Shown: positions 26,205 through 40,000, counted from the stretch's first letter. The stretch is DNA of 48,020 bases from Trichoplax sp. H2 (GCA_003344405.1 NOWV01000325.1:1-48020), one strand, 5' to 3'. Translations and numbers: made by a program. Notes: generated by a model from the letters alone, not told the origin.

Positions 26205-26485
26205 TCAACTGAATCGTATGTCGCCTATAGCGAGAAATGAATGGATTGTTTCTGTGCTTGCTGTAAACTTAACGTATGGCTAATAAAGCGTTATTAACAT
26301 ACCACATAGGATGTTGAATTGTTAGTGTAATTGAAATGTACTATCAGAGTTACAAATATAGTAGGTATTGTAAAATTCAAGAAATATCAGATTGATAAAA
26401 TACTTCCGTTTTCAGTAGCATAGCAAATAAATAATGAGGAGAGTGCCGGATAGTTTCATTATTACTAAATGTATTATCATAGAAT

Positions 26486-29026
26486 CTAATTTAAAGTATA
26501 ATTTATCTCCATGGACCAAATAACGTTATCGTCAGTTGTGATTGTAACTTCGTTAGATCCGTCAAAAGCATTTGAAGTACTTATCAAGCTACCAAACGCA
26601 AATTCGATTCCCTCTATTACAATTGCAAAACCAACGAAATGGCGATTATATATTTTGTTAGGGCAAATCAGCGAAATTGATCAAATAGCGTTAATATTTG
26701 ATGGGATAAAGCATGTTTTACATCGAATACTGATATCGATAGGGACAACACTAACCAACTGGGAGATTCCATTTCAATCCGGTAGTTCTTAAATTATTAC
26801 ATTTATTACCAATTGGAAGCAAGCTGCACCAATTACCTTCCATTTCAGTATTAACTAGGACTTTATGCTGACCCTACATAATATAAGATTAAAATATCAG
26901 TATTGATAACCCCCGCAAGCAAATAGCAAAAACATTATACGTGTATATTCATACTGGAGTCAGAAGGCAGATATATGATTTGACGGACAGCAGGATTATT
27001 TGAATCCGACTGATCTTCGCAGCTACATAAAGGGCATGGATGGATGCCATACTTTGGTCAAACCGATCATGCACTGCTCCTAGCGCTATAATGTAATCGC
27101 ACTACAGTACATTAAACGTATAAGTTATATCGAAATTTTAGTTGCTCACTAGCTATCCAGGACCAGACATAAAAATTGAAATTTGAATTATTTTTTGATA
27201 CATTAGTCAAATGACGTAAACCTGATTGAAATACTGTACAATGTTTGGATGATCGTAACTTTGCTTAGTGAATTATATCTATGCGAATATGCAGTATGAT
27301 AAAAGTATCCAAAATAACCTGAACGTTACGATACGGTTCTGTCTGTAAAACAAGTCTTAGGCATTTCAAGAAGTCATTTTCATCTTCGTCACTCTTGTGC
27401 ACAATGATAGTACCCTATTTCAAGTTGTATGATTCAGGCGAATGTAGTACTTCATGGATATTAAAAGTTTTAATTATTGTATACGATATTGCAGATGCTA
27501 ACCTTGTCCTTATAGTAGTTCTGGGCATTCGAATTGACGGAATCTAAATCTCCACAGATGACATCTGGAATATACCTTAATTACAAAGTATATTAAAGCT
27601 CTGAAGTAGATACAATGTAAAGTACACCACCAATTTACAACGGATACGCTATAGAATATGATCTTTACATAGAGTTCAAACTATTCAAATTATTACTAAG
27701 CTCACTTATTTCTGTCATCATCGAGTAACTCAAATACGTAATTGGCCCCACCATCTGCGCATACAGTCAGTTTAGCTGCAAAATGTGAAATTATGTTATA
27801 GGACATCATAATATTAGTTTTACTACAATATCTGAATACTGGTAAAACTATAGATATCATCGTGCCTTCCTGTCTAGAGTTGAACTCAATATGAGTAGTA
27901 TTATGATCTACTGTACATGCAGTCAGAAAATTATATTACGTAATACAAGAGAGATTAAAGTAAGTTATGTAGATGATAGCCTTCCTCATGTGAAATTTCA
28001 AAAGTACTTGTATCTATTGTAGATCAAAGATGTAAGTCTGTACGCGTATACCTTTACGCATCAACGTTGTTAGAAGATGGCGTTCACGCTCGTATAAACT
28101 TGCATTGCAAGTTACAGGCTGATTCAGGACAATCAAAATAATCCCTATATCTGAATACATAAAAGAGATTTAAATCGGTACAATCCGCATCAAATGTAGT
28201 TAAGATGTTGAAAGATTATCGAATTCGTAAGCACTATGACGAGACATTAATAGATCCTCTAGAAATGTTTGATACCTATACTAAACTAATACTGGCAAGT
28301 TCTATCATCCTATTAATTTTCCGCAATCACTCACACAATAAACTACGTACAGTCTTAAGCTACTATACAGTGCAAAAAATTCTTTCGAAGTGATATCGCT
28401 ATGATTCATCTCTATCTAGATATAGAATATCTATCTCGATATTATAAGAAATAACTTGGTCCATTTTCTGCCTGTGTATCAGTTCGCATATTCACGAAGT
28501 TCATTGGTTCATAAAAGAATAGGTAGCAAGTGGTATTACATGAAAATGTTTTGGTGTTTTTACGTGCGTATCTATTGGCAAAAACTGATCATTAATTTGA
28601 CAATAACGTCCAGCGCAGCGAGAGCGTGGCCTGACTAGAATACGAATGATTGAGTGAGCTAGTTGTAGAGTATTCTACGTACAGTAAGTTGCAGCTAGTC
28701 AACCAATATGCACGAGGATTCCACTAGCTTGTTGCAATGATTCGTTAGCAGTCATAATAAAGTGCAATCTATGCTGTCTACGCGTATGATGCACCATTTT
28801 GCAAGATGTTTGTAAATAGCAAGAATCGACTGTCACTAACTGTACTCTAGGCGAACAAGTAGTCAAAATGTACGTAGCCATCGAGAGTCATCAGCGTAAT
28901 GCGCAATGTGCACCAATTCAATGGACAATCAATCAATATGCTGTACAGTGTGCAGTCATTTTACGATACTATACCTTCTTGAATTGTTGTAATCTCTGAT
29001 ATGGAAGGTATGCAATTCATACTCAT
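26486..29026 (-). CDS. TPK1: Thiamine pyrophosphokinase (about 260 aa); exons 29026-28975 (less certain), 28150-28052, 27775-27706, 27575-27503, 27414-27319, 27101-26955, 26873-26756, 26613-26486
   Basis: Motifs [65 protein letters not shown] and FGSLISTSN. All junctions are GT-AG and phase-compatible. Confidence 0.95.
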
Positions 29027-29231
29027 TCTAAAGGAAATAAGGATAGCTTGTAATTTGACTACTTCAAATGGCTGTCGAAAGGATCGAAGATGTTATGTAC
29101 AATTCTCATGATTCAACAAGAATGAGCAGCGTCCAGGTATACTAAACACTATTATACTGTACAGTGTCCAGTCCAGCTTGCTATCACCATTTGTTTACGA
29201 ATTCCAGTAACTCATTCCAGGCCTCAGTAGA

Positions 29232-29955
29232 CCATCAGTATGAGTGTGGTAAGAAAGAGCGATGCTGTATGTACAGTGTACAGTGTACAGTGGATACTGC
29301 ATACAGTACTGTACAGTACTGTACTGTACTGTACTATACTGTACTGTATGGTTGTAGCGGGTACAGTACCGCACCGAACCTTTGTACTGTACACTGTACA
29401 CTGTATGCAGTATCCACTGTACACTGTACACTGTACAGCATCGCCCTTTCTTACTGTGTAGTGCCATCAGTATGAGTGTGGTAAGAAAGAGCGATGCTGT
29501 ACAGTATGTACAGTGTACAGTGTACAGTGGATACTGCATACAGTACTGTACTGTACTGTACTATACTGTATGGTTGTAGCGGGTACCGCACCGAACCTCT
29601 GTACTGTACTGTACTGTACACTGTATGCAGTATCCACTGTACACTGTACACTGTACAGCATCGCTCTTTCTTACTGTGCAGTGCCATCAGTATGAGTGTG
29701 GTAAGAAAGAGCGATGCTGTATGTACATTGTACAGTGTACAGTGTACAGTGGATACTGCATAATATACTGTATCATTCTACTGTATTATAGCTTTACTGT
29801 ATTTTTAAAGAAAAATACAGTATTGCCCGAAAGTGACAAAATGTTATGAAACAGTATGTACAGTACAGTACAGTACAGTACATGTACATACTGTACTGTA
29901 CACTGTATGCAGTATCCACTGTACTGTACAGCATCGCTCTCGCTACTGTGCAGTG
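29232..29955. repeat. Tandem array of three hairpin (MITE-like) units of about 220-270 bp carrying many TACAG insertions
   Basis: Units start at 29232, 29464 and 29684. Each has a left arm GTAAGAAAGAGCGATGCTGTA...CAGTGGATACTGCATA and its near-perfect reverse complement TATGCAGTATCCACTG...TACAGCATCGCTCTTTCTTAC (degenerate at the outer end of unit 3). Confidence 0.9.
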
Positions 29956-30280
29956 CTGTACCGTAACGCACCGTAACGTACCGTACCGTAACGCACCGCA
30001 CCGGACCGCGCAAACAAGTCAAAATCGGAGAGTGATGACCATAGAGTGAAGACAGTAGTACCGTACTGTACAGTATACTCCACAGTAGATAGCACTGTAC
30101 AGTACGGTACTGTACACTGTACAGTGAGTCAACGCCCGTAATCAATAGCCCTGGCTACTTCAAAGGCTGCCATTGCTGTGGACGTGCGTGCATCTGCTGG
30201 TGTTTTTCAACAAGAAACAAGAAGCAAATTGGCCATCCATTTTTCAATTTCCAAAGAGTTTATAAAAGCACCAATTCAAG

Positions 30281-31598
30281 ATGGGAATGCTAGATATGTG
30301 GGTTTATAGGCCTAACAACACAGTCAAGTTCCAAAGGAAATTTCAGGTAGGCAACTTGGATCCTATCGTTGGAGATCGAAGCGATACGTAATGTAAAGTA
30401 GTAGAGTAGTTGAGGTTACAATCGTCACGGTAAAATGAGCCGCTGAAGAAACCATAGGTAAAATGTCAAGAATACCCTGATGGATTGCGATCATGAATGC
30501 ATTGACTCTTGACTACCGACTACTTTGTATCAGTTGTTGTAATAATGTAAAGTTAAGCTGTCAATGACTCTACGTAAAGATGCTACCAAAGCCTAAAATG
30601 CAGCGATCTACTTCACTCAGTGCAACACTAACCAACGACAGCTTGCATAGTAATCAATTCTTACTGGCTGTTTTGTAACAGTGCTACAGGCAAGGATTGC
30701 AAAACACAAACTAGCTCTTGCTACATACTCTACTTTAACGGTGAAATATGGATAGTATGAAAGTACAGAGTGTACTACTAGTCCTCAGAAACTTGGCAAA
30801 GTGCAGAAAATGATCAAGGTGTTTACTCCCAATACCAATACACTGCCTTAATACTCTAATTACTTGCCAAACACGTCCAAATGCCACAAAATAGAGTGCA
30901 GTTTGAACTCAATTTGACAGACACAACCGGTACCAGGATCGCCATTTTGAAATCCAACGCTGCTAACAGCGTAATCCATAAAGTCCCATTAATAGGATTG
31001 GATGGTAATTGCTCTTTTCTCTCATCTCCTATACAGTGTACAGCATACAGTAACTTACCCTTTAAAACAACTCCCATTTCAATAATTTGGTACATCATCT
31101 ACCAGTAGTTTTATTATTGACATGACAACTAAATGTAGAATCTGACAAATTTCCATTGAAAAACGGTCAGATCAAATAGCATCGCACTCGCTATAACTAA
31201 AAGCTTACCTTTTTAAAATCTTTCGTTTCATAAATTGACTTACCAATTTGGTAATGCAATGATGAATGAAATTCTCTAATATTGTACAGTATACCTAATG
31301 TACTGCGAATCACATAGGATACTGTAACAAGGCCGTGTCAAACCGGTTTGCCACTCAGCATGTTCTCACTTATATCGTACCAGTTATATGTTATACACGC
31401 ATATACTTTCGGTCATTCTATTTCATAAACTATTTCATGTTCTAGGCTGGCAATTCTCTAGTCTTCTTAAAACGGGGTGGCTTAGATCGGCTTATTTACC
31501 GTGGTGTGCTAACTTATGCGTTTGTTGGCATTGGGTATGCATTATATAGTATATCCCTTGTTGCACTTGGAAAGAAGAAAAAAGTAACCAGTCAGTAA
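30281..31598 (+). CDS. COX7A: Cytochrome c oxidase subunit VIIa-family protein (72 aa); join(30281..30346,31446..31598)
   Basis: MGMLDMWVYRPNNTVKFQRKFQ|AGNSLVFLKRGGLDRLIYRGVLTYAFVGIGYALYSISLVALGKKKKVTSQ. It has the N...Q..FQ / LK.G..D.L.YR / single TM / basic tail pattern of COX7A, a phase-0 intron after FQ, and AATAAA at about 31715. Confidence 0.85.
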
Positions 31599-34079
31599 CT
31601 TAACCTTTGGCTATCAATGAAGAAAAGAACACGGAGCGAGCAGTGAATAACTGAATAGATGTTGAAATAGCAGCACGTAAAGAACTCAAAGAGAAGTCTT
31701 GTCGCTATACAAAAAATAAAGTAATTCCGATATCCTGTTGGATATGCTTGATAATTTAGGTATATTTTTAATTACATTGAAACACCGTCCGCACTTAGTG
31801 TAATGTTAACATACTGCTTCGAGCTGCAAGTATGTTGTATGCAGATGCGAGAGAGTGAGCAAATTTCGTTACTTACCGTGAATTCTGTTGGCTAACAGCC
31901 AGCTGATAGTTCATATGTATTGGACTTAGTCGAAATTTTAAAAATTGAGCATTATAACACAATATGATCAGTATTCATTTGAAGTAATTCCATTTTATAA
32001 TGATATGCCTTCTAACAAAACTGTACTTAAAACAGCTACCGTAACTATAGAAACCTTGCGATTTATGCCTTGGATTTGTGTACTACCTGCAAACTGGTTC
32101 TTAATCCCTTGTAGCTCTCGTGTTATTGCATACTTATTTAAGAAAATAAATGGAACTGTATTAATCAATGGTTGTATACTATGTTGTGTGCTCGGAAAGT
32201 TGATTTCCTTTTAACTACCGAAGCAAAATATATTTTTCTTCGTTAATACTAGTAAATAAAACTTTTAAATACATCACAGGTAATACAGTACCGTGTGATC
32301 TTTGCTTCTGCCATAAATTGATAACTAGAAGACCCAAGTAGTCATAACTACGCAGTACAAGGAACTCAAGTTTACAGTTTAATTTCTATACTGTATAGCC
32401 AATTTCATTAACTGACTGTAACAAATACTCCATCACACAGTATTGAATATTTCAAAATAATGTTATAATTCAGTAAAGACTAAAACTTCAATTCGCCTTC
32501 ATCCACAACATTGGATAACATAAAAATATCGTAAGTTTTACAAGATTTGAATATTATTTCGAGCATGGTTCAACTTCCAGATTGATTGAGCAAACTGAAT
32601 GAAGTATCAGCTGAATAATGGATTTACTTTCATAACTTAAAAATGTATGCTTGGTAAAAATTAGATGCACTTATTCTGACAAAAATATCAGTCATTCGGA
32701 ATTCATGGGAGTGCGGGTAGTAGGATTGGTAAATTTAAATGGAGTGAATATTGTATACTAGTGCAAAGGATATAATTTTAGCTTTACTCTCATACTGAGC
32801 TTGGCTTATGTCTCAAACAAAGGGAAATAATATGTAAGGAAAGCTAATAAGGGTCTAGCTATTGCTATTTGTAGTTGTTTGATTCAAAATTTCATAGTGA
32901 TTTCCTCCAAAGCATTAAGGCAATCTTTGTTGAACAGAAAACGTTATACGAACCCTGCTGTACGATTATAATCCAAAAAAATACATGCCAATGCGTTTTT
33001 AACTAATGCTTTTCAACATCTGATTATATTCGAAGTGTTTGTTGGCAAGTATTACGAATCGGCATAGCAATATTATGTAAAACTGACGCCATAACCTGAG
33101 ATTCGACAACTACATCATTAAAGATGATGATATTTCATAATAAAATCAATCAAGTCACTCGTTGTATCCCATCAATCCTCTCCTTTCATTTTCTATTACA
33201 ATCATGTTGATATTAACTAGTTAATTAATAAAGAACGAAAAATTTAATAATCTGGTGTTATTAAGTACGGTAATATCCATCCAAACGTTTACTATTTAGC
33301 CACCTAATGCATTGTACATCAGTGCCATATAAATTGGTATAAACGGTTACAAAAATGGTGCTGCTAATTGGTTAAATAGAATGAAGATTAATATGTTATT
33401 ACAAAGGCGGTAAAATAACGTTCTTCTTCCAAATACTGCATAATCAGGATTTCAATCGTTGATTAAAATAATGATCAGAAACATGTAAGAAAACAACAGT
33501 AAAATAATAATTTTCGTAAATGGCAGAGGTCTTACTATGCCTATGCTTGGCAACAGAAAATTAGCACTTTAGTGCAGGTCAATTCGGAGAATGTGGTTCA
33601 CGCGCCTTATAACTTGCCTTAACTAATTTATCAACATTAATGATGCTGATTCGGCTAGATTATATGAAGATAAAAGTTCTTATTGTATTTAAAAAACCCA
33701 ATACATGAAAACATTTAATAATTAGGCTAACATTAACTTCAACACAATCCTGATTACAATCTTACGGCCTATTAATTGCAATATTTACCGTAGTTTTGTA
33801 GATTTTATCAGTGCATAACGTAGGTTAGTCGTAACCTTTGATAATTAAAATAAACTAAGCAAGTGCAAATAAAAGTGTTACTGCTGAGGTATTTGATCTT
33901 ATTTATCTCTTAGTGGCGAGGATTATATTATCACAATAATACGTGATATAAGCAATTACAATACAATTATAATAAGTCGGTTATATTCCTATCACAACGT
34001 TCTAAATTGATCTATTAGCTCATAGTTATCATTGCTAATGGATATCATGTATCCATTTTATCATTAAACCACATTAATT

Positions 34080-37000
34080 TCACACGTACAATTCCTTTTT
34101 CCCATTAATCGTATCTACTTCAGGGCCAATTGCTTTGAATTCGACAGTAGCTTGATGTTCATCTGCTTTAGCTTCTTCAGTAGTGTATTTACCAGCATCT
34201 TGCTTTGATTTACGTACGTATAAGGCAATGATGATTCCAAGAACAATAAGTACGAAAATTATAATTCCAACAATACCTCCTGGCGTAACGTTAGCTTGAG
34301 CTCCGACAGATGGTAACGTAGCTAGGATTCTAGTTGGTGAGAGACTACGAATACTGGGTGTAGGAGTACCAGTCCAATAACTAATACTACTAGTACAAAC
34401 TCCTGAAATTGGATCACGACCTTGCGAGTTGCGAATAAATGTCACTGAATTGTTTCTGGGTATACTGAAGGCCAAATTCATAATTCGGATTCCAACGAAA
34501 GAAATATCATTAATACACATCGATACTGAAATATCGTTATTAGAGCTTCCTAATACGACGATGGGCAAATTGAGAACTGATAAACCAACATTGCTGCGCA
34601 CAAGGCTGGTAACTCCATCGATGCTGATAGTATCATCAGTTGGGCTGATTATTACTTTATGCAATTTGGTATCACTTAGAATGCCTCGTAGCGTAACACG
34701 CATATTACCAACGGATACGTATCCTTCACCATTCACTAGTCCAAATTCCATCTGTTGTCCACTTCTTGTTTGAACATGAAATATTCTACAGTTCGATGAA
34801 TTAGTAACAAAAGTAAAACTGATATCCTCACGTCCATTTGGGAGACGCGGCAAAATGTTCGAAGCTTTGTATTCAATTACATTGTTACCAGAGAAATGAG
34901 CTCCCTTTGCTGATCAAATAGAAAAATCAAACAATCACACAATTGCCATTTAGACCGTAATAGTATTATATAAATAATTATCCAACATGTATTATACATG
35001 GGTACTATTCTAACGTCTATCAAGCTTCAGTATTATACAATCTACGAATTGCAGTCTGCAACAAATTTCTTAAGGTAGAATCAGTATCGTTATAATAATA
35101 AACATACGTGCTTCACATCTTTCTCCAGTCCAATCAGTATTAGTGCAATCACATCGGAAGCTACTGTAGTTTCCAGTACATGGTGTATTGTGCTGACAAG
35201 GTAGAAAGAAGCAGGCCTTTCCACATCCATTCTTTACCCCTTGGAAAGCAGCAGCAAATGAATCAAGATGTTGCAAGCTTTCGCTAATATACAAACTACC
35301 GATACATCCAATAAAGCCATTCGACGGCCTGGTCATGAGTAAACAAAAAGCAAACGCGAAAACATTACATATACATTTAGTAGCACTTCTTATAAGATAA
35401 TACGAATAAATAAGTACAACATCGCACAAGAAATTTAAAAGGTGTCACATTTGAACCAATTCACAATTTCCATTTACCTCTGTGGGTTATAACCAACGAA
35501 CAATGGACCATCAATATCAAGTCTTGCTACCTGATGTGATTGTTGAAAAGTACGAAATACTTCTGGCAGGCTATCTACTCTTAAACTGACTCGACTCGGA
35601 GAAAAAAATAGCCGAACCCTATGCCATTGATCATCGTTGTAGCGAGTATTAGCGGCACTATTGACAGTTAAGGTAGCATTATCGATACCTTGTCCTAAAT
35701 TATACTGCATCTGTACAGCAGACGACTGTACGGACAATTCGAAGAAATCTCCAGTTCTACCGACATTTTTTAACAATGTACCATTAGCCACAGTTGATTT
35801 AAAGGCTATGTCTATTATGCCTTTAAACGAATTCTGCCAGTCTGGTAACTCTATCCTTGATGCTCTTGTTGTAAACGTGATGATATGGTTAGGAGCAGCT
35901 GTAGAAATGGTTCAAGGTTAACAGATATTAGTATAATATTGCGTACTTACTAATAACAACTTGTTAAGAGCTTTCTAAAAAGCTTATTGCATTATTAAGA
36001 CATTCGTTTAATGTAGTCCTTTTCATACCGTTTCCTCTGCAAATCAGTTTACCAACACTATATATACCAATTCTGCTACTGTCCAGCGATTCGAAGCCAA
36101 ATCTCACTTGTTTAACTGGAAGGTATCTCTTATCGTTTAAAGAACCACTGTCTGTCAGCACGGTATTACCAAAATTACCATCACAGTTACACATTTTGGT
36201 TCTATTAGCACAACTTCCGGTAACACCACAAGCACATTTACGTGAATCAGCGGGCGCTCCACCCCAGCTAACCATTTTCATGTTATTTCTTGATACCCAC
36301 CATCCATATGGCGTATTCGGGGTGTTTAGAAGAACAGACTTTTGACAACGATACACGATATTTTGGGAACAGCTTTCAGAAATATCAGCTAGCGCTGCTG
36401 CTTGTTTGATGGAAACATTTCCAAATTGCTGGCCTGTTCCTTCCTTATATATTAAATTATAAGAGTATCTTCCAGGACCAACGCTCTGACGTGAGGAAGG
36501 TAACACTGTCAGAGTTTCTCGATCATGAGCTATTTCAGTGACAGTCTGCTGTGTGTCAGAACATCGAGTTCGAAATGGTTCTAAAGAGCCTAACGGACCA
36601 TCAGGATCGATAGTATAAACTCCAGTTGTAGCAGAGGGATTGAACGTGAATATTTCTTGACAATTTCTGCGATATTTATCTATATTGGTAAATTGATCAA
36701 TTGCATTACCGTTGTCATAGTTTTTAAATTAATCATTACAGTGTAAAGCAAGAGTTTATCGTTATTGTGCTAATTACAAAATACGTCGACTCGTTAATTT
36801 ACATGGGATAGAGTCAATATTACACTATTTATAATCTTAACTTACACAACTGACAATAGGTTCCTTCATAATTACTATTTGAGCCACAAATACAAGCGAA
36901 TGAGCCAGGATTGCTAACACAAGTAGCGTTGTTGTAGCATGGGAAAAATGGTTGACAAAAGTTTTGAATGGAGCAACTGTTATAAATTATATTGTTACGA

Positions 37001-40000
37001 GCAAAGCTAGTATCCAACACACTTCTTGAGATTCCATTAACCTTTAGATCTCGTATACATCCAATAAAGCCTTGAGCGTTTTGCGATCCAATTGTAATCT
37101 GAGGAGACTGTTGGATTGTTAAAGTTCGCTCAAAGGCAACGGAGCCAAAATCGTTATCAATGTATACACGAAAGCTTGTCGATGAGCTTATCATTCGAAA
37201 TTGATGCCATGACCCATCATTAAGTCTTGGCTGAAAGACATGTGTATCCGTTGTACCCACTTGCAACATTGTTGCAATTCCAGATGTCAGACTAATCACA
37301 GCACTGTAAGTTGCCTTAATGTAGACTAACTCGCGGCTACGGCCACTGTCTGTAGTACGAAACCAAAAATCAAACGAGTAATCGAACAAGCCGCTTGGTG
37401 ATATATTAATGATAAGTCTTGAAGATTGCGATTGCAGATGGGATGCAATATAAGGCGCAGTTGTGACACATCCTTGATTGACACCTGCAGATACACCATA
37501 AGGAAACTGTCCAAATAAATTTTGCAAGACAGTAATTCCGTTAAACACCAAATCACGTAAACAACCGCTAAAGTTGCGAGAGCTCGAGATGGTGTCAACG
37601 GTATCGTTCGTTCTTGGAAAACCACCAACATAAATCATATCATCGATTGTAATTTCATCTACACCACTTAGACCAGATCTTCTATCATGAGCTGAATTAA
37701 CATTGTCAACAGTTAAGATTCCAAAGTGTTTGTTCCGTGAAAAACTTACCAGATGCCATGCGTTATCCGAAATTTTCACTCCATTGTTGATAATGTATTC
37801 TGATGTCGTCATATGCCTAAATTGAATTCTCAATCTCAAGTATCCTGACTTCAATTCAAGTATCAAATAGTTATCAGTTCCATTAGCCATTAAAATAATG
37901 CCATCGGTAGAAAAAGTCCTAACACCAAACGAAATATCGTTCTTTTCAGATGTAATTACGCGATTCTCAGATGCATCATAATATCCGTAACCGAATCCAT
38001 TGAAGGTAATAAGAGATTCTATTATCAATAATATTAAAAAGGTGTACAATATTTAATATAGGTGAAGTAGTTCAAATACATATGAAAGATACTATAAAGC
38101 AATGACAATTAAGAATGTGTACGTAAATAGGTATTCTGTAGATTAAACGAAAATACTTTTGTACAGCAACTGTCAGATCTATTTGATACAACTCAGGCAG
38201 AAGGAGCAACCGTAGGCTTTCTACGATTGAATCTTTATTGCTCCAGTTATTTACTATTTTTATCCCTTAGAATGATGCCAACTGAAATCAGTACGATAGC
38301 GTAGTTAGTTACATTAATTGATAAACTAACCGCTTTACACTGTATTCTTTCTTTGCTTTCTGATTCTTAAAAGACCTCGAATGTGATACAGCACAATTTG
38401 TTATATACAGTAAGCTGGCAGCGATTACATGTACTGAAGGCCTGTGCTTTCATCCCTGATACTCATAAATTTGATCACATAGGAGACTAATACGTAACTT
38501 TTCTCTGCACTATAGCATTATAACTGTTTCCGCATTGTCTCATTCTTAAAGGCAATTAATATATTATTGCATAAAAAAGTGAGATTGTTTCCATTACTGC
38601 AAACTGATCATGAACAAGAAACAACAGCGTTGCATACTGAAACTTTTAAAAGATCACGCAATTTATAATTCACCATAAACCGCTGATGTAACACTATCTC
38701 CTGTCCTTTCAAATTTTAAAAAATTTAACCAATAATAATTATTTTATCTTTTCATGCAAATTCCAAAAGAAACTACCCAATGCCACGAGATTCAGTATAT
38801 TTAATAAACGGTTAAATAATAGGCTATACGCCATAATTTTATAAACCGCGGAATTGCTAGCAACGCCTTTTCTGCAAGTGGTTTAAAGGTTATATATTTT
38901 GCTATCTACTAATATGCTAAATACAAAATCATGATTTCTTTTGAGACGTTAATATGAATAATCAAGGGTTATCCCGGACAAAATGAGGTTATCTATTGGA
39001 CAAGTAATGCAACTAAATTTTAACAGTTAAATTACGGAAGAGAGAGGAAAACTTTGATTTTTTTATGTAGAATTTGATTTATGAGCATAGATTAGCTATA
39101 ACGTGTATAATTGGATTAAGAGTTCGAAATGTCAATCAATATGTAATTACATTAAGATACTGCATGTCTGCTTATAAGTTAAGGCTAGACAATAAAATGA
39201 TTCTTATACTGATCAAACTTGACGTGCGGTTAAGTTTATGGGATATTAATTTAGATAAAATGAATTTGAATTAAACAAATTAAGGATAAGGCTACCGTAC
39301 TTTCATTGTTATAATTTCAAAAAAGACAATAAAGTAATATCATTAACTAAAGGCAATTACTGTCAGTCTCAGTGCTCATGAAATAATATAGTAGCTTCTT
39401 TTAATCGATATGATACATATAGAAATTACCAATAGGCACGTTAGTGTTGAAACTATTTTAACATTTGCCTTTTAGTGATGCCATATAACTCCATCTATTT
39501 AATTATTTCACCAGTAAGCAAAATTTATTCAATTTTTAACAACTTGAAGATAAATATATTGTTACGATGCTAATTCTACGAATAGTGGTATTTACTATGA
39601 CTATACTTTATCTACATTGTGTTTATGATAGTCGTAGACTTTCGTATAGGCTAAGTTTCGATCTCGATAAAAAACGCGTTACATGTAATGATTAAATTAT
39701 AATTGGAGTGTAATACAATAATACTGAATTTCAAGTATTTACTCAAGCGAAACTTGATTTAGTTAAAATTAATCGATGTGAATAAAATTTCTGTGGTTAG
39801 GATAGAATTTTCACGGACGCATTTACTATTTATTGAAACAACGAATTTTGTATATCACAACGGTAAAATTTTGCAACGTAGTCAAATTTGGCATGTCGTT
39901 ACCAAAAATTTATGTTTCAGTTAAGCAGGCGCATTTACATCGAAACTACCCCAGTGAAGATAATGAATTAAAGCTCCTACTATGAAAGTTTTTAACGTAT

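Noticed and set aside
26511..26792. 93-aa plus-strand ORF; similarly 5954-6250, 13861-14100, 34429-34773, 35661-35921 and 37326-37631
   Set aside because: Antisense or alternative-frame shadows of real exons (TPK1, MBD5/6, EPC, neurexin-like).
29164..30145. Stack of overlapping ORFs on both strands; repeat-spacer appearance resembling a CRISPR array
   Set aside because: These are products of the palindromic tandem repeat. The 'spacers' are homologous to one another, there are no cas genes, and the context is eukaryotic.
30261..30268. TATAAAAG TATA-box match upstream of COX7A
   Set aside because: It is only 20 bp from the first ATG, which is too close for typical TATA-to-TSS spacing unless a later Met is used, and such matches are common in AT-rich DNA.
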